NCBI GenBank assembly: GCA_944388935.1
Contig: CALXKK010000001.1
Span: forward strand, 62,344-126,343
Length of the DNA stretch: 64,000 nt
Reading direction: 5' to 3'
Source of the DNA: an uncultured Clostridia bacterium
GTDB taxonomy: Bacteria > Bacillota > Clostridia > TANB77 > CAG-508
Made by a program: the position numbers and the translations under genes. How positions within the stretch are numbered: the stretch's first letter is position 1; each line of letters opens with the position of its first letter. Below are positions 1-10,086 of this stretch, in pieces. Under the pieces are notes generated by a model. That model was not told where the DNA came from and ran no database searches. It saw nothing but the letters and a program-made list of their open reading frames with translations.

Positions 1-960
1 AAATGGTGTTGGCGTACTGTAATTATAATTTAATACATAGTTAAATAAACTTTTTATTCTATTTTTAGTATCATTATTACAAGAAAGTTTGTCTACTTTA
101 TCCAAATAAATTTTGTTAAAATATTTGCTTCTATTACTCATTTTATCTTTATTTTTACTTGCTAAATAATTTACCAATTGATGTATAACATCAATTTTTT
201 CAACTTCCATTAAATAAACATAATATGCAGCCAATTTATATATAAATATATATCCTTCATCTTTAGGATTTTCTATATTCTTCGCAAAATCTTTTACATC
301 TAGTTCTAATTCATTATCATATTCACCAGAATAATATGCATATAATTTATTTATGTAATATGTATAGTTCTCTAATCTAGTTAAGTTTAGAATGTTAAAC
401 TTTGCTACATTAGTTTCCTTATTAAAATCTTTTAATTCTATGAATTGATTATCCAAAATCATATGTACAAACATTAATGTTACTGTATCTATATTAGAAA
501 AATTAATTTTTTTATCTCCATATGTTTTATTTTCTTTTTCATCTAAAAATACATTTATAAACTTTACCAAACTAATCATAGTGTTATCTCTTTTTTGAAT
601 TAATGCAATTTGATATAAAAGATTTCTAACTAAATATTTTATACAATATTTTAATTTGCAACTTTGGCATTTTATTTTATCTTGATTAACTTTATCTACA
701 AATACACTTCTTGCAGTATTTAGGTCTATTCTATAATTACAATTCATTAAAAATTCTAAATAATTATAATCTGACGGAATACAGCTTTTTATAACTGCAT
801 ACCTAATTTGATTGTTTTTAGCTTCTTCTTCTGTTTGTTTATATGTTTCTATTAAATTATGTTTTACATACATTAAAATAATTTTTAATGTAGCCTTATC
901 TAAATATCTATATATAGCAAATTCTTTACTATTTGCTATTTGTTTCATATATTCATCCAT
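1..960 (-). CDS. Hypothetical protein; C-terminus truncated by window start, N-terminus MDEYMKQIANSKEF
   Basis: Hand-translated reverse frame is open from 960 down to base 1 with no stop. ATG at 958-960 is preceded by a GC-rich SD-like stretch (GCGGGGGCGAAGAT). Protein is Y/N/K-rich and contains CQSCKLKYC. Not in the ORF track because it has no in-window stop. Confidence 0.5.
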   Translation of the reverse strand, partial: MDEYMKQIANSKEFAIYRYLDKATLKIILMYVKHNLIETYKQTEEEAKNNQIRYAVIKSCIPSDYNYLEFLMNCNYRIDLNTARSVFVDKVNQDKIKCQSCKLKYCIKYLVRNLLYQIALIQKRDNTMISLVKFINVFLDEKENKTYGDKKINFSNIDTVTLMFVHMILDNQFIELKDFNKETNVAKFNILNLTRLENYTYYINKLYAYYSGEYDNELELDVKDFAKNIENPKDEGYIFIYKLAAYYVYLMEVEKIDVIHQLVNYLASKNKDKMSNRSKYFNKIYLDKVDKLSCNNDTKNRIKSLFNYVLNYNYSTPTPF

Positions 961-1120
961 ATCTTCGCCCCCGCTTTTAAGATATATTTAACATTTATTA
1001 TTGTCAATATTTTTTTAATTTTTTTTAGTTTTGTATAGACTTTTTTCTCGTTTTTGTGTATGATTATAGCATATAAAATAGATAATAAAGATAAGGGACA
1101 TTTTAGGAGGGTTAAAACAT

Positions 1121-1411
1121 ATGATGAAAAAATTTTTAATAATAATGCCATTAATAGTTTTAAGTTTGTTTTTTGTAAATATTGTACCTGCATTTGCAGC
1201 TGATGATATAGATATGAACCTAACATCAAATCAAGCATCAACTACTACTTCTGCAAGTACTTATCAAACAAGTACACCTACAACTTATTCTTCTACATCA
1301 TCTTCTAGTAGTGGACTAGATATATCTAATATTTTAAATATATTGTTAATTGTAATCGGAATATTGCTTATATTATTAAGCATTGCCATATTAATTAGAT
1401 TAAAACATTAA
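1121..1411 (+). CDS. Small secreted, membrane-anchored Ser/Thr-rich protein (signal peptide plus C-terminal TM helix)
   Basis: AGGAGGG lies 9 nt upstream of the ATG. N-terminal signal peptide ends AFA/AD; the middle is S/T-rich low complexity; the C-terminus is a hydrophobic helix followed by RLKH. Confidence 0.5.
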   Translation: MMKKFLIIMPLIVLSLFFVNIVPAFAADDIDMNLTSNQASTTTSASTYQTSTPTTYSSTSSSSSGLDISNILNILLIVIGILLILLSIAILIRLKH

Positions 1412-1418
1412 TTTTTTT

Positions 1419-1451
1419 ACCAATCTTTAACTAGATTGGTTTATTTTTTTT
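1419..1451 (+). terminator. Rho-independent terminator
   Basis: ACCAATCT-ttaact-AGATTGGT hairpin followed by TTATTTTTTTTG. Confidence 0.55.
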
Positions 1452-1525
1452 GCATATTTTTTGACAAATTTCTAAAAATAATATTGAGGTTTTTTTAACC
1501 TCAATTGTTTAGCAGGAGGTAAATT

Positions 1526-1960
1526 ATGGCTAATATAGCTAAAAAGATTTCTTTTATTATATTTTCTGCTGTAATCGTAATTTTTATAACTGGTAATTCT
1601 TTTGCTAATAATGATATGCTTCAAAAGGCTGCAGAATCTACCAGAAATGGTGTTGGACATACAGAAAATGCCATGCAAGATGCATCAGGTGCTGTCCAAA
1701 ACACTTCTAACACAATAAAAGATATGTCTAGTAATGTTGTTACAAAAACAAAAGAACAGACGAAAGATTTCGCAAATGGTGTTGGCGATGTTGCCACAGA
1801 CGTAAAAGATGGTGCATATAATGCAACTAGAACTGCCACAACTGCTGCTACATCTGCATTTTCCAATGGTACCGTTTGGTCTTGGATAATTGTTGTAGCT
1901 GTTGTTATGGGAATTGCATTCCTTATATGGTATTTAGTTAAAAGAAATCGTAACGAATAA
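1526..1960 (+). CDS. Small membrane or surface protein of unknown function, with internal NGVG(H/D) repeats
   Basis: AGGAGG lies 6 nt upstream. N-terminal signal/TM segment, C-terminal TM helix, repeated NGVGxxxN motif. Confidence 0.5.
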   Translation: MANIAKKISFIIFSAVIVIFITGNSFANNDMLQKAAESTRNGVGHTENAMQDASGAVQNTSNTIKDMSSNVVTKTKEQTKDFANGVGDVATDVKDGAYNATRTATTAATSAFSNGTVWSWIIVVAVVMGIAFLIWYLVKRNRNE

Positions 1961-2063
1961 TTTCATACTAAATTTAAGCTGTTACTTTTTGTGACAGCTT
2001 AATCTTTACTTTTCTTATATTCATGTTATAATATTGCAAAGACGTAGCAAAGCTAAGGAAGGA

Positions 2064-2531
2064 ATGAAATTATTTATGAATACTAAATTAATAGCTAAAA
2101 ATCCTACAGCAAGACATAATTATGAAATATTGGATACTTATGAAACCGGAATTGTTCTTTCTGGTACAGAGATTAAATCTATAAGACTTGGAAAAGTCAA
2201 TCTAAAAGATAGCTATGCTAGTATTTCTAATGGTGAATGCTATGTATATAATTTGCACATAAGTCCATATGAACATGGAAATATATATAATAAAGATCCT
2301 TTAAGACCAAAGAAATTATTATTACATAAAAAAGAAATTCAAAAACTCTATGGTCTATTAAAGCAAAAAGGATATACTTTAGTTCCTTTAAACATATATT
2401 TTAAAGGCAGTTTTGTAAAACTCGAACTTGGCGTTGGCAAAGGAAAAAAACTATATGATAAGAGAGAAGATTTAAAGAAAAAAGATGCAAATAAGCAAAT
2501 AGCGAAAAACTTAAGGGAAAAGAACTTGTAA
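2064..2531 (+). CDS. smpB: SsrA-binding protein SmpB
   Basis: [39 protein letters not shown]...LLLHKKEI is typical SmpB. AAGGAAGG SD precedes the ATG at 2064. The ORF-track start at 2034 lacks an SD. Confidence 0.9.
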   Translation: MKLFMNTKLIAKNPTARHNYEILDTYETGIVLSGTEIKSIRLGKVNLKDSYASISNGECYVYNLHISPYEHGNIYNKDPLRPKKLLLHKKEIQKLYGLLKQKGYTLVPLNIYFKGSFVKLELGVGKGKKLYDKREDLKKKDANKQIAKNLREKNL

Positions 2532-2573
2532 CTTACGATTTTGCTAAAAATTAAATTAAAGCATAAACAAAAT

Positions 2574-2609
2574 AGACATTACCTAGAGATTTTTGGTAAT
2601 GTCTTTTTG
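2574..2609 (+). terminator. Rho-independent terminator of smpB
   Basis: AGACATTACC...GGTAATGTCT stem followed by TTTTT. No tmRNA-like sequence follows. Confidence 0.6.
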
Positions 2610-2625
2610 CTTTAACATTGTACAA

Positions 2626-2787
2626 TTAATTTTTCTTATAGCTTACACACATAGTTTCCTTTGCATTTCCAGTATGAATATTTTCATTTGGCATAACATT
2701 TATTGCCTTTAACTTGCATTCTTGTGTTGTTATATCATTATATTTACAACTACCTACAGAACAATGTATCTTTTGATTAATTTCCAT
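2626..2787 (-). CDS. DUF1540-family small Cys-rich protein (53 aa); not in the ORF track
   Basis: Reverse translation gives MEINQKIHCSVGSCKYNDITTQECKLKAINVMPNENIHTGNAKETMCVSYKKN. The I-x-CSV-x-SC-x-Y and TxCxS(F/Y) motifs are characteristic of DUF1540. A strong AGGGAGG SD lies 6 nt upstream. Confidence 0.55.
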   Translation of the reverse strand: MEINQKIHCSVGSCKYNDITTQECKLKAINVMPNENIHTGNAKETMCVSYKKN

Positions 2788-2904
2788 AATAATCAACCTC
2801 CCTATTATTTTTATTATTAACTTTTTTATATTTTTTATTCTTTAACCAATTTTGAATTTGTTGCATATACTAAATTAATAATATAAAAAAAGGAGTATAT
2901 TGTT

Positions 2905-3591
2905 ATGGATTATGAAATAATGATGAATAATAATTTAAAAATTGGTATGGAAGCTCCAGATTTTGAAGGTATTTCTACAACAGGAGAAATTTCTCTTTCT
3001 AATTATAAAGGTAAATGGATAGTGTTTTTCTCTCATCCTGGTGATTTCACCCCAGTTTGCACTACAGAAATAATTGCTTTCGCCAAAGCAGATACATATT
3101 TTAAAAAAATAAATACCGAACTTATTGGTTTAAGTGTTGATAGTATAAACTCTCATCTTGCTTGGCTATATGATATTTATATAAAAACTGGACTTATAGT
3201 AAATTTCCCTATAATTGCAGATTTAAATGGTGTTATTGCACGAAAATATGGAATGATTACAAATGATGTTAGTTCTACTGAAACTGTTAGAAATGTATTT
3301 ATTATTGATAACAAAGGTATTATTAGAGCTATTTTTGTCTATCCAATGAATGTTGGAAGATATATTCCGGAGATATTAAGAACAGTAACCGCTTTACAAT
3401 ATGCTGACAAAAATAAATCTATGACTCCAGCTAACTGGGTACCAGGAAACCCAATGCTCGTTCCTCCTCCTAAAACTTTCAATGAATTATGTGAAAGAAA
3501 CAAAAGTATTGCTAAAAATAGAAATGGTATGTCTTGGTATTTGAGTTTTAAGAACGTAGATAATACACCTAAACTTGATAAAGGAAATTAA
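2905..3591 (+). CDS. Peroxiredoxin, 1-Cys Prx / AhpC-TSA family
   Basis: HPGDFTPVCTTE peroxidatic-Cys motif, ~228 aa as in Prx6-type enzymes. AAAGGAG SD. Confidence 0.85.
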   Translation: MDYEIMMNNNLKIGMEAPDFEGISTTGEISLSNYKGKWIVFFSHPGDFTPVCTTEIIAFAKADTYFKKINTELIGLSVDSINSHLAWLYDIYIKTGLIVNFPIIADLNGVIARKYGMITNDVSSTETVRNVFIIDNKGIIRAIFVYPMNVGRYIPEILRTVTALQYADKNKSMTPANWVPGNPMLVPPPKTFNELCERNKSIAKNRNGMSWYLSFKNVDNTPKLDKGN

Positions 3592-3595
3592 TTTT

Positions 3596-3630
3596 AAAGC
3601 GAAATCAGTAGGTTTCGCTTTTACTTTTTT
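3596..3630. terminator. Bidirectional terminator between the peroxiredoxin and phosphatase genes
   Basis: AAAGCGAAA-tcagtagg-TTTCGCTTT hairpin flanked by A-run and T-run. Confidence 0.55.
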
Positions 3631-4162
3631 ACAAATCATATTCCCATCCTGGTTGCCAAGATTTTGTTTTTCTCCAATCATTTTTAATAGCTTCTTGCCA
3701 TGATATTTCTTTAGCCAAAACTTCAAAAGCTAATTGTGGTGCTCTATGTGCCACTATTCCAATTGATTTTCCTTGGTAATTTTCTTTTAAATATTCTATA
3801 AAACTTTTAATTCTTTTTTCTACATCTTTTAATGATTCCCCATTTGGAAATGGTTTATCTATATGTTCTTCATAAACTACTAACGACTTATCTTGTCCAT
3901 CTAAATCTCCATAATTACATTCTCTTAATCTGTCATCTTGAATATGCTTAACGTTTGGGAAGGCTAAATTAGCTGAATCTATTGCTCTTACTAAATCCGA
4001 AGTAAATATAACATCAAAATGTGTATCTTTTCTTGTTTCGCCAAGTTTTGTTGCTCTTTCTTTACCTAATTCTGTTAACTCCACCTGTTTCCATCCACTG
4101 CACTTTCCATTTACATTATCATATGTCGTTCCATGTACAAAATATATAACTTTCATTTCCAT
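3629..4162 (-). CDS. Histidine phosphatase (phosphoglycerate-mutase-like) family protein
   Basis: N-terminal VHGTT motif (Val replaces the usual Arg), TSDLVRAIDSA and IVAHRA second-His motifs. Short 177-aa form. Confidence 0.55.
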   Translation of the reverse strand: MEMKVIYFVHGTTYDNVNGKCSGWKQVELTELGKERATKLGETRKDTHFDVIFTSDLVRAIDSANLAFPNVKHIQDDRLRECNYGDLDGQDKSLVVYEEHIDKPFPNGESLKDVEKRIKSFIEYLKENYQGKSIGIVAHRAPQLAFEVLAKEISWQEAIKNDWRKTKSWQPGWEYDL

Positions 4163-4280
4163 TATCTTTCTCCTACTTTTTTCTAATTTTATAATTTATT
4201 TTGCACATATGTCAATTATAAAACCAGAAAAAAGCATCCAAAGTTATTTTTCACCTTGAATGCTTTTGAACAAATATATA

Positions 4281-5210
4281 TTAAGCTTTGTTGCTAGAAC
4301 CAAATACATCTCTTATTTTATGAGCAACTGTTTCTTCTATATAATCTCTTCCTTTACCCATATATTTTCTTGGGTCAAATATACTTGGATCTTGTACAAA
4401 TGTTTCTCTTATTCCTGCTGTCATAGCTAATCTTAAGTCTGTATCTACATTTATCTTTGAAACACCAGATACACTTGCTTCGTGTAATATTTCATCTGGT
4501 ACACCTTTTGCTCCTGGTAAATTTGCTCCATATTTGTTACAGATTTCTACAAATTCTGGTACAACTGTTGAAGCACCATGTAATACTATTGGAGTATTAG
4601 GTATTTTTTCTTTTATTTTTGCTAATATATCAAATCTTAATTTTGCTTCACCTTTAAATTTATATGCTCCATGGCTTGTTCCTATAGCTATTGCTAAAGA
4701 ATCGCATCCTGTTCTTTCTACGAATTCTTTTGCTTCGTCTGGATCTGTATACATTGCATCTTCTGCAGCAACATTAACGTCATCTTCAATTCCTGCTAAT
4801 TTTCCAAGTTCAGCTTCTACAACTACTCCATGAGCATGTGCATAATCAACAACTTCTTTTGTTAATTTTATATTTGTTTCGAAATCATATTTTGAACCAT
4901 CAAACATAACTGATGTATATCCGCTATCTACACATAATTTACAAGTATCAAAATCTGGGCCATGGTCTAAATGTAATACTACTGGAATATCATGTTCTTC
5001 TAAACCAGCTTCTATCATTTTCTTTAAATATGGTATTCTAGCATATTTTATTGCACTAGCTGAAGTTTGTAAAATAACTGGTGAATTTTCTTTTGCTGCA
5101 GCATCCATTATTGCTTGTACAAACTCCATATTATTAATATTAAAAGCTCCTATAGCAAATTTCTCCTTCATAGATTTTTCAAACATGTCCTTTGTTGTTA
5201 CAAATGGCAT
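4281..5210 (-). CDS. fba: Fructose-1,6-bisphosphate aldolase, class II
   Basis: MPFVTTKDMFEKSMKEKFAIGAFNINNMEF...HLDHG...GASTV motifs. GGAAGGTG SD. The ORF-track start is a GTG three codons upstream. Confidence 0.9.
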   Translation of the reverse strand: MPFVTTKDMFEKSMKEKFAIGAFNINNMEFVQAIMDAAAKENSPVILQTSASAIKYARIPYLKKMIEAGLEEHDIPVVLHLDHGPDFDTCKLCVDSGYTSVMFDGSKYDFETNIKLTKEVVDYAHAHGVVVEAELGKLAGIEDDVNVAAEDAMYTDPDEAKEFVERTGCDSLAIAIGTSHGAYKFKGEAKLRFDILAKIKEKIPNTPIVLHGASTVVPEFVEICNKYGANLPGAKGVPDEILHEASVSGVSKINVDTDLRLAMTAGIRETFVQDPSIFDPRKYMGKGRDYIEETVAHKIRDVFGSSNKA

Positions 5211-5248
5211 AAAAATCACCTTCCTTATAAAATTCTATTTTACCCTAT

Positions 5249-5277
5249 TATTTTATTTCTTATTCTTATGAATGTCA
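5249..5277 (-). promoter_or_regulatory. Putative sigma-A promoter of fba (TTGACA-N17-TAAAAT)
   Basis: Reverse strand reads TTGACATTCATAAGAATAAGAAATAAAAT about 35 nt upstream of the start codon. Confidence 0.4.
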
Positions 5278-5360
5278 ATAAAAGTTTGAAATTCATTTTA
5301 CTTGATTATTTTTCATTTTTCAAAAATTCTCTTCAATCATTTTTATTTAATAAACCTAAA

Positions 5361-5384
5361 AATGCTATTCCTAAGAATAGCATT
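5361..5384 (-). terminator. Terminator hairpin immediately after the spo0E-like stop codon
   Basis: Perfect palindrome AATGCTATTC-ctaa-GAATAGCATT followed on the minus strand by a T-rich run. Confidence 0.45.
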
Positions 5385-5385
5385 T

Positions 5386-5541
5386 TTAGTTCTTTTTGCG
5401 TTCTGCCATTTCTTTCATAGCGATATTTATGTATTCGTCTAACTTTTGGCTTTGTTTAAGTATTTTTTCATAGTCTTCGTTATCCAAAATCATTTGCTCA
5501 AGTTTCGCTCTGTGTTTCTTTATTGCAAAAGTAACATCCAT
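5386..5541 (-). CDS. Spo0E-like sporulation regulatory protein (aspartyl-phosphate phosphatase family), 51 aa; not in the ORF track
   Basis: Reverse translation gives MDVTFAIKKHRAKLEQMILDNEDYEKILKQSQKLDEYINIAMKEMAERKKN. The helical I..R..L / SQ-LD-xI pattern matches the Spo0E family. AGGAGGG SD lies 7 nt upstream of the ATG. Confidence 0.6.
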   Translation of the reverse strand: MDVTFAIKKHRAKLEQMILDNEDYEKILKQSQKLDEYINIAMKEMAERKKN

Positions 5542-5577
5542 ATCGCATCCCTCCTATGATAAAATTATAGCACATCT

Positions 5578-5607
5578 TGTCGAGATTTTTTGTCGAAACT
5601 TGTCGAC
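5578..5607 (+). promoter_or_regulatory. Three tandem Spo0A-box-like heptamers (TGTCGAG, TGTCGAA, TGTCGAC) in the spo0E-like promoter region
   Basis: Heptamers sit at 5578-5584, 5591-5597 and 5601-5607 (spaced 13 and 10 bp), 37-66 bp upstream of the spo0E-like start. A TATAAT -10 lies on the minus strand (complement of 5565-5570) with a poor -35. Confidence 0.45.
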
Positions 5608-5633
5608 AAATTAAATTTTTTTTATTTTTTTTG

Positions 5634-7109
5634 TTATTTTTTTTCAAATAAGGATATGATAAAGGTATCACCACTAAATGGATGATAATATTCTTCTTTT
5701 TCTTTTAGAACAGTAGTGCCTTCCATATCATTTATGTAATCATACATATTTGTATCTCCAGCATCTATTACCCAAATCCTTCCAGTATAATTTTCTATTT
5801 CATCTAAATTGTTTACAACTTTCATTTGTGGTGCAAAAGCTCCATATGCTTTTTCTACAGTCCAATTATCTTTATTATAGAAATATTGCTTATTGTTACT
5901 AAAATCTATTGCCACAGAACTACTTGGTCCAATAGTAGTATAAACAAATATATCATTTGGTTGTACTTCTGATTGTATTGCTTCTATTGGCTTTTCGTTA
6001 TCTTCAGAATAAGATTTGTTCCAAAGAGTAACTCCATTCCAAATTGTAAGTACTAATAAACCACCAACAACTACTATTTTTATTATTCGACTTTTTTCGA
6101 CAGATAATACATATGCTAAAGCAAATATAAATAAACCTAGCATTGGTAACATATATCTTGGAATAAATACTGCTCTTTTAAAAGATATTAATAGTGTTAC
6201 AAGTATAACTATTCCGCAAACTGTAAGAGCTATTGTAACTGGTCTTATTTTTTTCTTATCTTCTAAATATAATTTATGTACTCTTAAAATCATATAAATT
6301 AATATGAACAAACCAAAAATAGAAGGTAAACCAGAATTAATACTATCCAAGAAGAAGAATTCTATAATTTGTGTTATTATATCTGGATAATTTACACTAA
6401 TCCAAAATCCATTTGCAACTCTAGTAGATTGCATAATAAATATTACTGTACCTGGTATATAGCATACAATTTGTATAGCTCCATATATAAACCATCTTTT
6501 TAATAGCTCTTTCTTTTCTCTTAAAATATAGAATAATAAAACAATATTTATTATTCCTATAGTAAATAAGGCAAAATAATGTGTATATGCACTACATATG
6601 CTTGATATTGCAAATATTACCCAATCTTTCTTTTTATTATTTTTATATGCTAAATATGCATAAACTGCAGTAATTGTAACAAATAACATTGCTAAACTAT
6701 ACATTCTTATTTGTGAGCCATAATGCATTGTAACTGGCAAAAGTAATAATATTAGGTTAAAATAAAAACTTACTTTATCTCCAAATTCTTTTCTTATTTT
6801 AACAAAAGAAAAGATTGCAAGCAAAACAATTGGAATTACAGAAAATATTCTTAATGCTATAACACTAGTTCCAAAAATTAAAGAATATATTTTTAATAAT
6901 ACATAATATAAAACTGGGTGAACATCATTAATTGTTGATACAAATAAATTAACCAATGGCTGTCTTGCAATTCCTACAGAATATGCTTCATCAAACCATA
7001 AACTGCTATTAAAACATAGCAAAAGAGGGGCTATTGTTATCAAAACAATAAGCCCTATATTTATTTTATTTAAATGCTTTTCTAAAAAGTTTTTCATTTT
7101 CTTCTCCAT
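5634..7109 (-). CDS. Polytopic membrane glycosyltransferase, GT-C fold (GT39/ArnT/PMT_2-like)
   Basis: WFDEAYSV (DE motif in the first extracytoplasmic loop), HPVLYY, ~11 predicted TM helices plus a C-terminal soluble domain. Confidence 0.55.
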   Translation of the reverse strand: MEKKMKNFLEKHLNKINIGLIVLITIAPLLLCFNSSLWFDEAYSVGIARQPLVNLFVSTINDVHPVLYYVLLKIYSLIFGTSVIALRIFSVIPIVLLAIFSFVKIRKEFGDKVSFYFNLILLLLPVTMHYGSQIRMYSLAMLFVTITAVYAYLAYKNNKKKDWVIFAISSICSAYTHYFALFTIGIINIVLLFYILREKKELLKRWFIYGAIQIVCYIPGTVIFIMQSTRVANGFWISVNYPDIITQIIEFFFLDSINSGLPSIFGLFILIYMILRVHKLYLEDKKKIRPVTIALTVCGIVILVTLLISFKRAVFIPRYMLPMLGLFIFALAYVLSVEKSRIIKIVVVGGLLVLTIWNGVTLWNKSYSEDNEKPIEAIQSEVQPNDIFVYTTIGPSSSVAIDFSNNKQYFYNKDNWTVEKAYGAFAPQMKVVNNLDEIENYTGRIWVIDAGDTNMYDYINDMEGTTVLKEKEEYYHPFSGDTFIISLFEKK

Positions 7110-7110
7110 T

Positions 7111-8121
7111 CTACTTTACATTAGTTTCAACTTGTATATTGCTTCCATCACTTATTACAAGTATATTACCGTCTTCATCTGTTCTATATACCTTTGTACC
7201 TACAGCTTGTAACTTATCTATAGTTTCTTGATTTGGTAAATTATATGAATTATCTTTTCCAACTTGTATTATTGCATATGCTGGCATTATTTGATTTACG
7301 AAAGTTTGAGATGATGAAGTTTTAGAACCATGATGTCCAACCTTTAAAACATCTGTTGGTTGCCAGCTTCTAGAAGCTTCTACTTCCTCTTCTGCATCAC
7401 CCATAAATAAGAAACTATTTCCACCATATGTCATTCTAATTACTATAGAAGATAAGTTTAAATTATCTTCTGTATCATTTGTATCTACCGCCATAATTGT
7501 ACAATTTGCATTTGTTAATTTAAATGTATCTCCAACTGCAGGTGTTGTTACTTGTAAACTCTTATTTGCTATGGCATCTAATACATCTTCATATGTTTTT
7601 GTTGTTGTTTGCATCTTTGGCATATAAATTGTACCAATTTCAAAATTATTTATTACATCATCTAGTCCACCAATATGGTCTTCATGTGGATGTGTTCCAA
7701 CCAAATAATCTATTCTAGTAATTCCTTTTTCTTTTAAGAAATTTACAACTGTATTTCCTGCTTCATTAGTTCCAGCATCGATTAGCATCGTTTTATCCTT
7801 GTCAATAACTAGAATACTATCAGCTTGGCCAACATCTAGATAATAAACTCGTAAATCTCCGTCAACCTCTGCTTGTGTCTCAACTGTATTTGTTATATCT
7901 TCGGTTATTACATTTTCAGTAATCACATTATTACCAATGGAATTTTGCAACATGCTATTAAAATCATGTGTTTCCCAATATGATTTTCCTAATATTAATA
8001 AAACAATTAATATTATAAGTGATGCCAGTCTACTAAGCCATTTACGTCTCTTATAGTATTTAGTCTTTTTGCCTTGTTTTACTTTATCCCATAAATTAGG
8101 TTCATTATTCTTTTGTCCCAT
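7111..8121 (-). CDS. ComEC/Rec2-related MBL-fold metallo-hydrolase with N-terminal TM anchor
   Basis: YYLDVGQADSILV, LIDAGT, HPHEDHIGG and KVGHHGSKTSS motifs of the ComEC C-terminal lactamase_B domain. One N-terminal TM helix. Confidence 0.7.
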   Translation of the reverse strand: MGQKNNEPNLWDKVKQGKKTKYYKRRKWLSRLASLIILIVLLILGKSYWETHDFNSMLQNSIGNNVITENVITEDITNTVETQAEVDGDLRVYYLDVGQADSILVIDKDKTMLIDAGTNEAGNTVVNFLKEKGITRIDYLVGTHPHEDHIGGLDDVINNFEIGTIYMPKMQTTTKTYEDVLDAIANKSLQVTTPAVGDTFKLTNANCTIMAVDTNDTEDNLNLSSIVIRMTYGGNSFLFMGDAEEEVEASRSWQPTDVLKVGHHGSKTSSSQTFVNQIMPAYAIIQVGKDNSYNLPNQETIDKLQAVGTKVYRTDEDGNILVISDGSNIQVETNVK

Positions 8122-8142
8122 AATATTTTACCCCACTTATTA

Positions 8143-8457
8143 TTATTTCCATAATTTATTCATTTTGTCTTTTATTCTATTTTCGACTTCTTTTTGCTCT
8201 TCGACATCTATTTCATATTTATTGTTATTAAGCCTTAATATTGACCCCTCTTTTGCATCTTGAGGTAAATCATTTTTGTTTATATTAATCATTTCTCCAG
8301 TATCTCTATTTTCTAATACTGCAATATCTCCTTCAAATCTATCTACTGTAAATTTGTTTTCCATTTCTTCTAATTTATTTGTTAGCTCCCTCTGAAATTG
8401 ATTAACATCAATTTCGTTTTGCCCCCTATTTATATCATTCAATAGGTTTAATTCCAA
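8143..8457 (-). CDS. DUF3006-family small protein; start uncertain (TTG at 8457 with a good SD, or ATG at 8364 giving 73 aa)
   Basis: C-terminal 73 aa MENKFTVDRFEGDIAVLENRDTGEMININKNDLPQDAKEGSILRL match the DUF3006 pattern (DRFEG-AVlE...lP...KEGd). This family is commonly paired with ComEC-like MBL genes. Confidence 0.5.
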   Translation of the reverse strand: MELNLLNDINRGQNEIDVNQFQRELTNKLEEMENKFTVDRFEGDIAVLENRDTGEMININKNDLPQDAKEGSILRLNNNKYEIDVEEQKEVENRIKDKMNKLWK

Positions 8458-8474
8458 ATAAATTTTCCTCCTTT

Positions 8475-10061
<1,587 letters not shown>

Positions 10062-10086
10062 TTACATCATCTTCCTTTTATTTATT

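Noticed and set aside
945-1241. 98-aa minus-strand ORF from the track
   Set aside because: It overlaps the SD and start of the well-supported plus-strand gene 1121..1411 and the real minus-strand gene ending at 960. Low-complexity translation. Shadow ORF.
2532-2904. Searched for tmRNA (ssrA) downstream of smpB
   Set aside because: No GGGG...CCACCA or T-loop-like GGTTCGA sequences. The region holds only a terminator and the DUF1540 gene.
5115-5420. 101-aa plus-strand ORF from the track
   Set aside because: It overlaps the fba 5' end and promoter, and the Spo0E-like gene and terminator. AT-rich junk translation, no SD.
8364-8457. 31-aa N-terminal extension of the DUF3006 protein
   Set aside because: Not rejected outright. 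The TTG start with AGGAGG is plausible, but the DUF3006 family normally begins at the downstream Met. Left as an alternative start.
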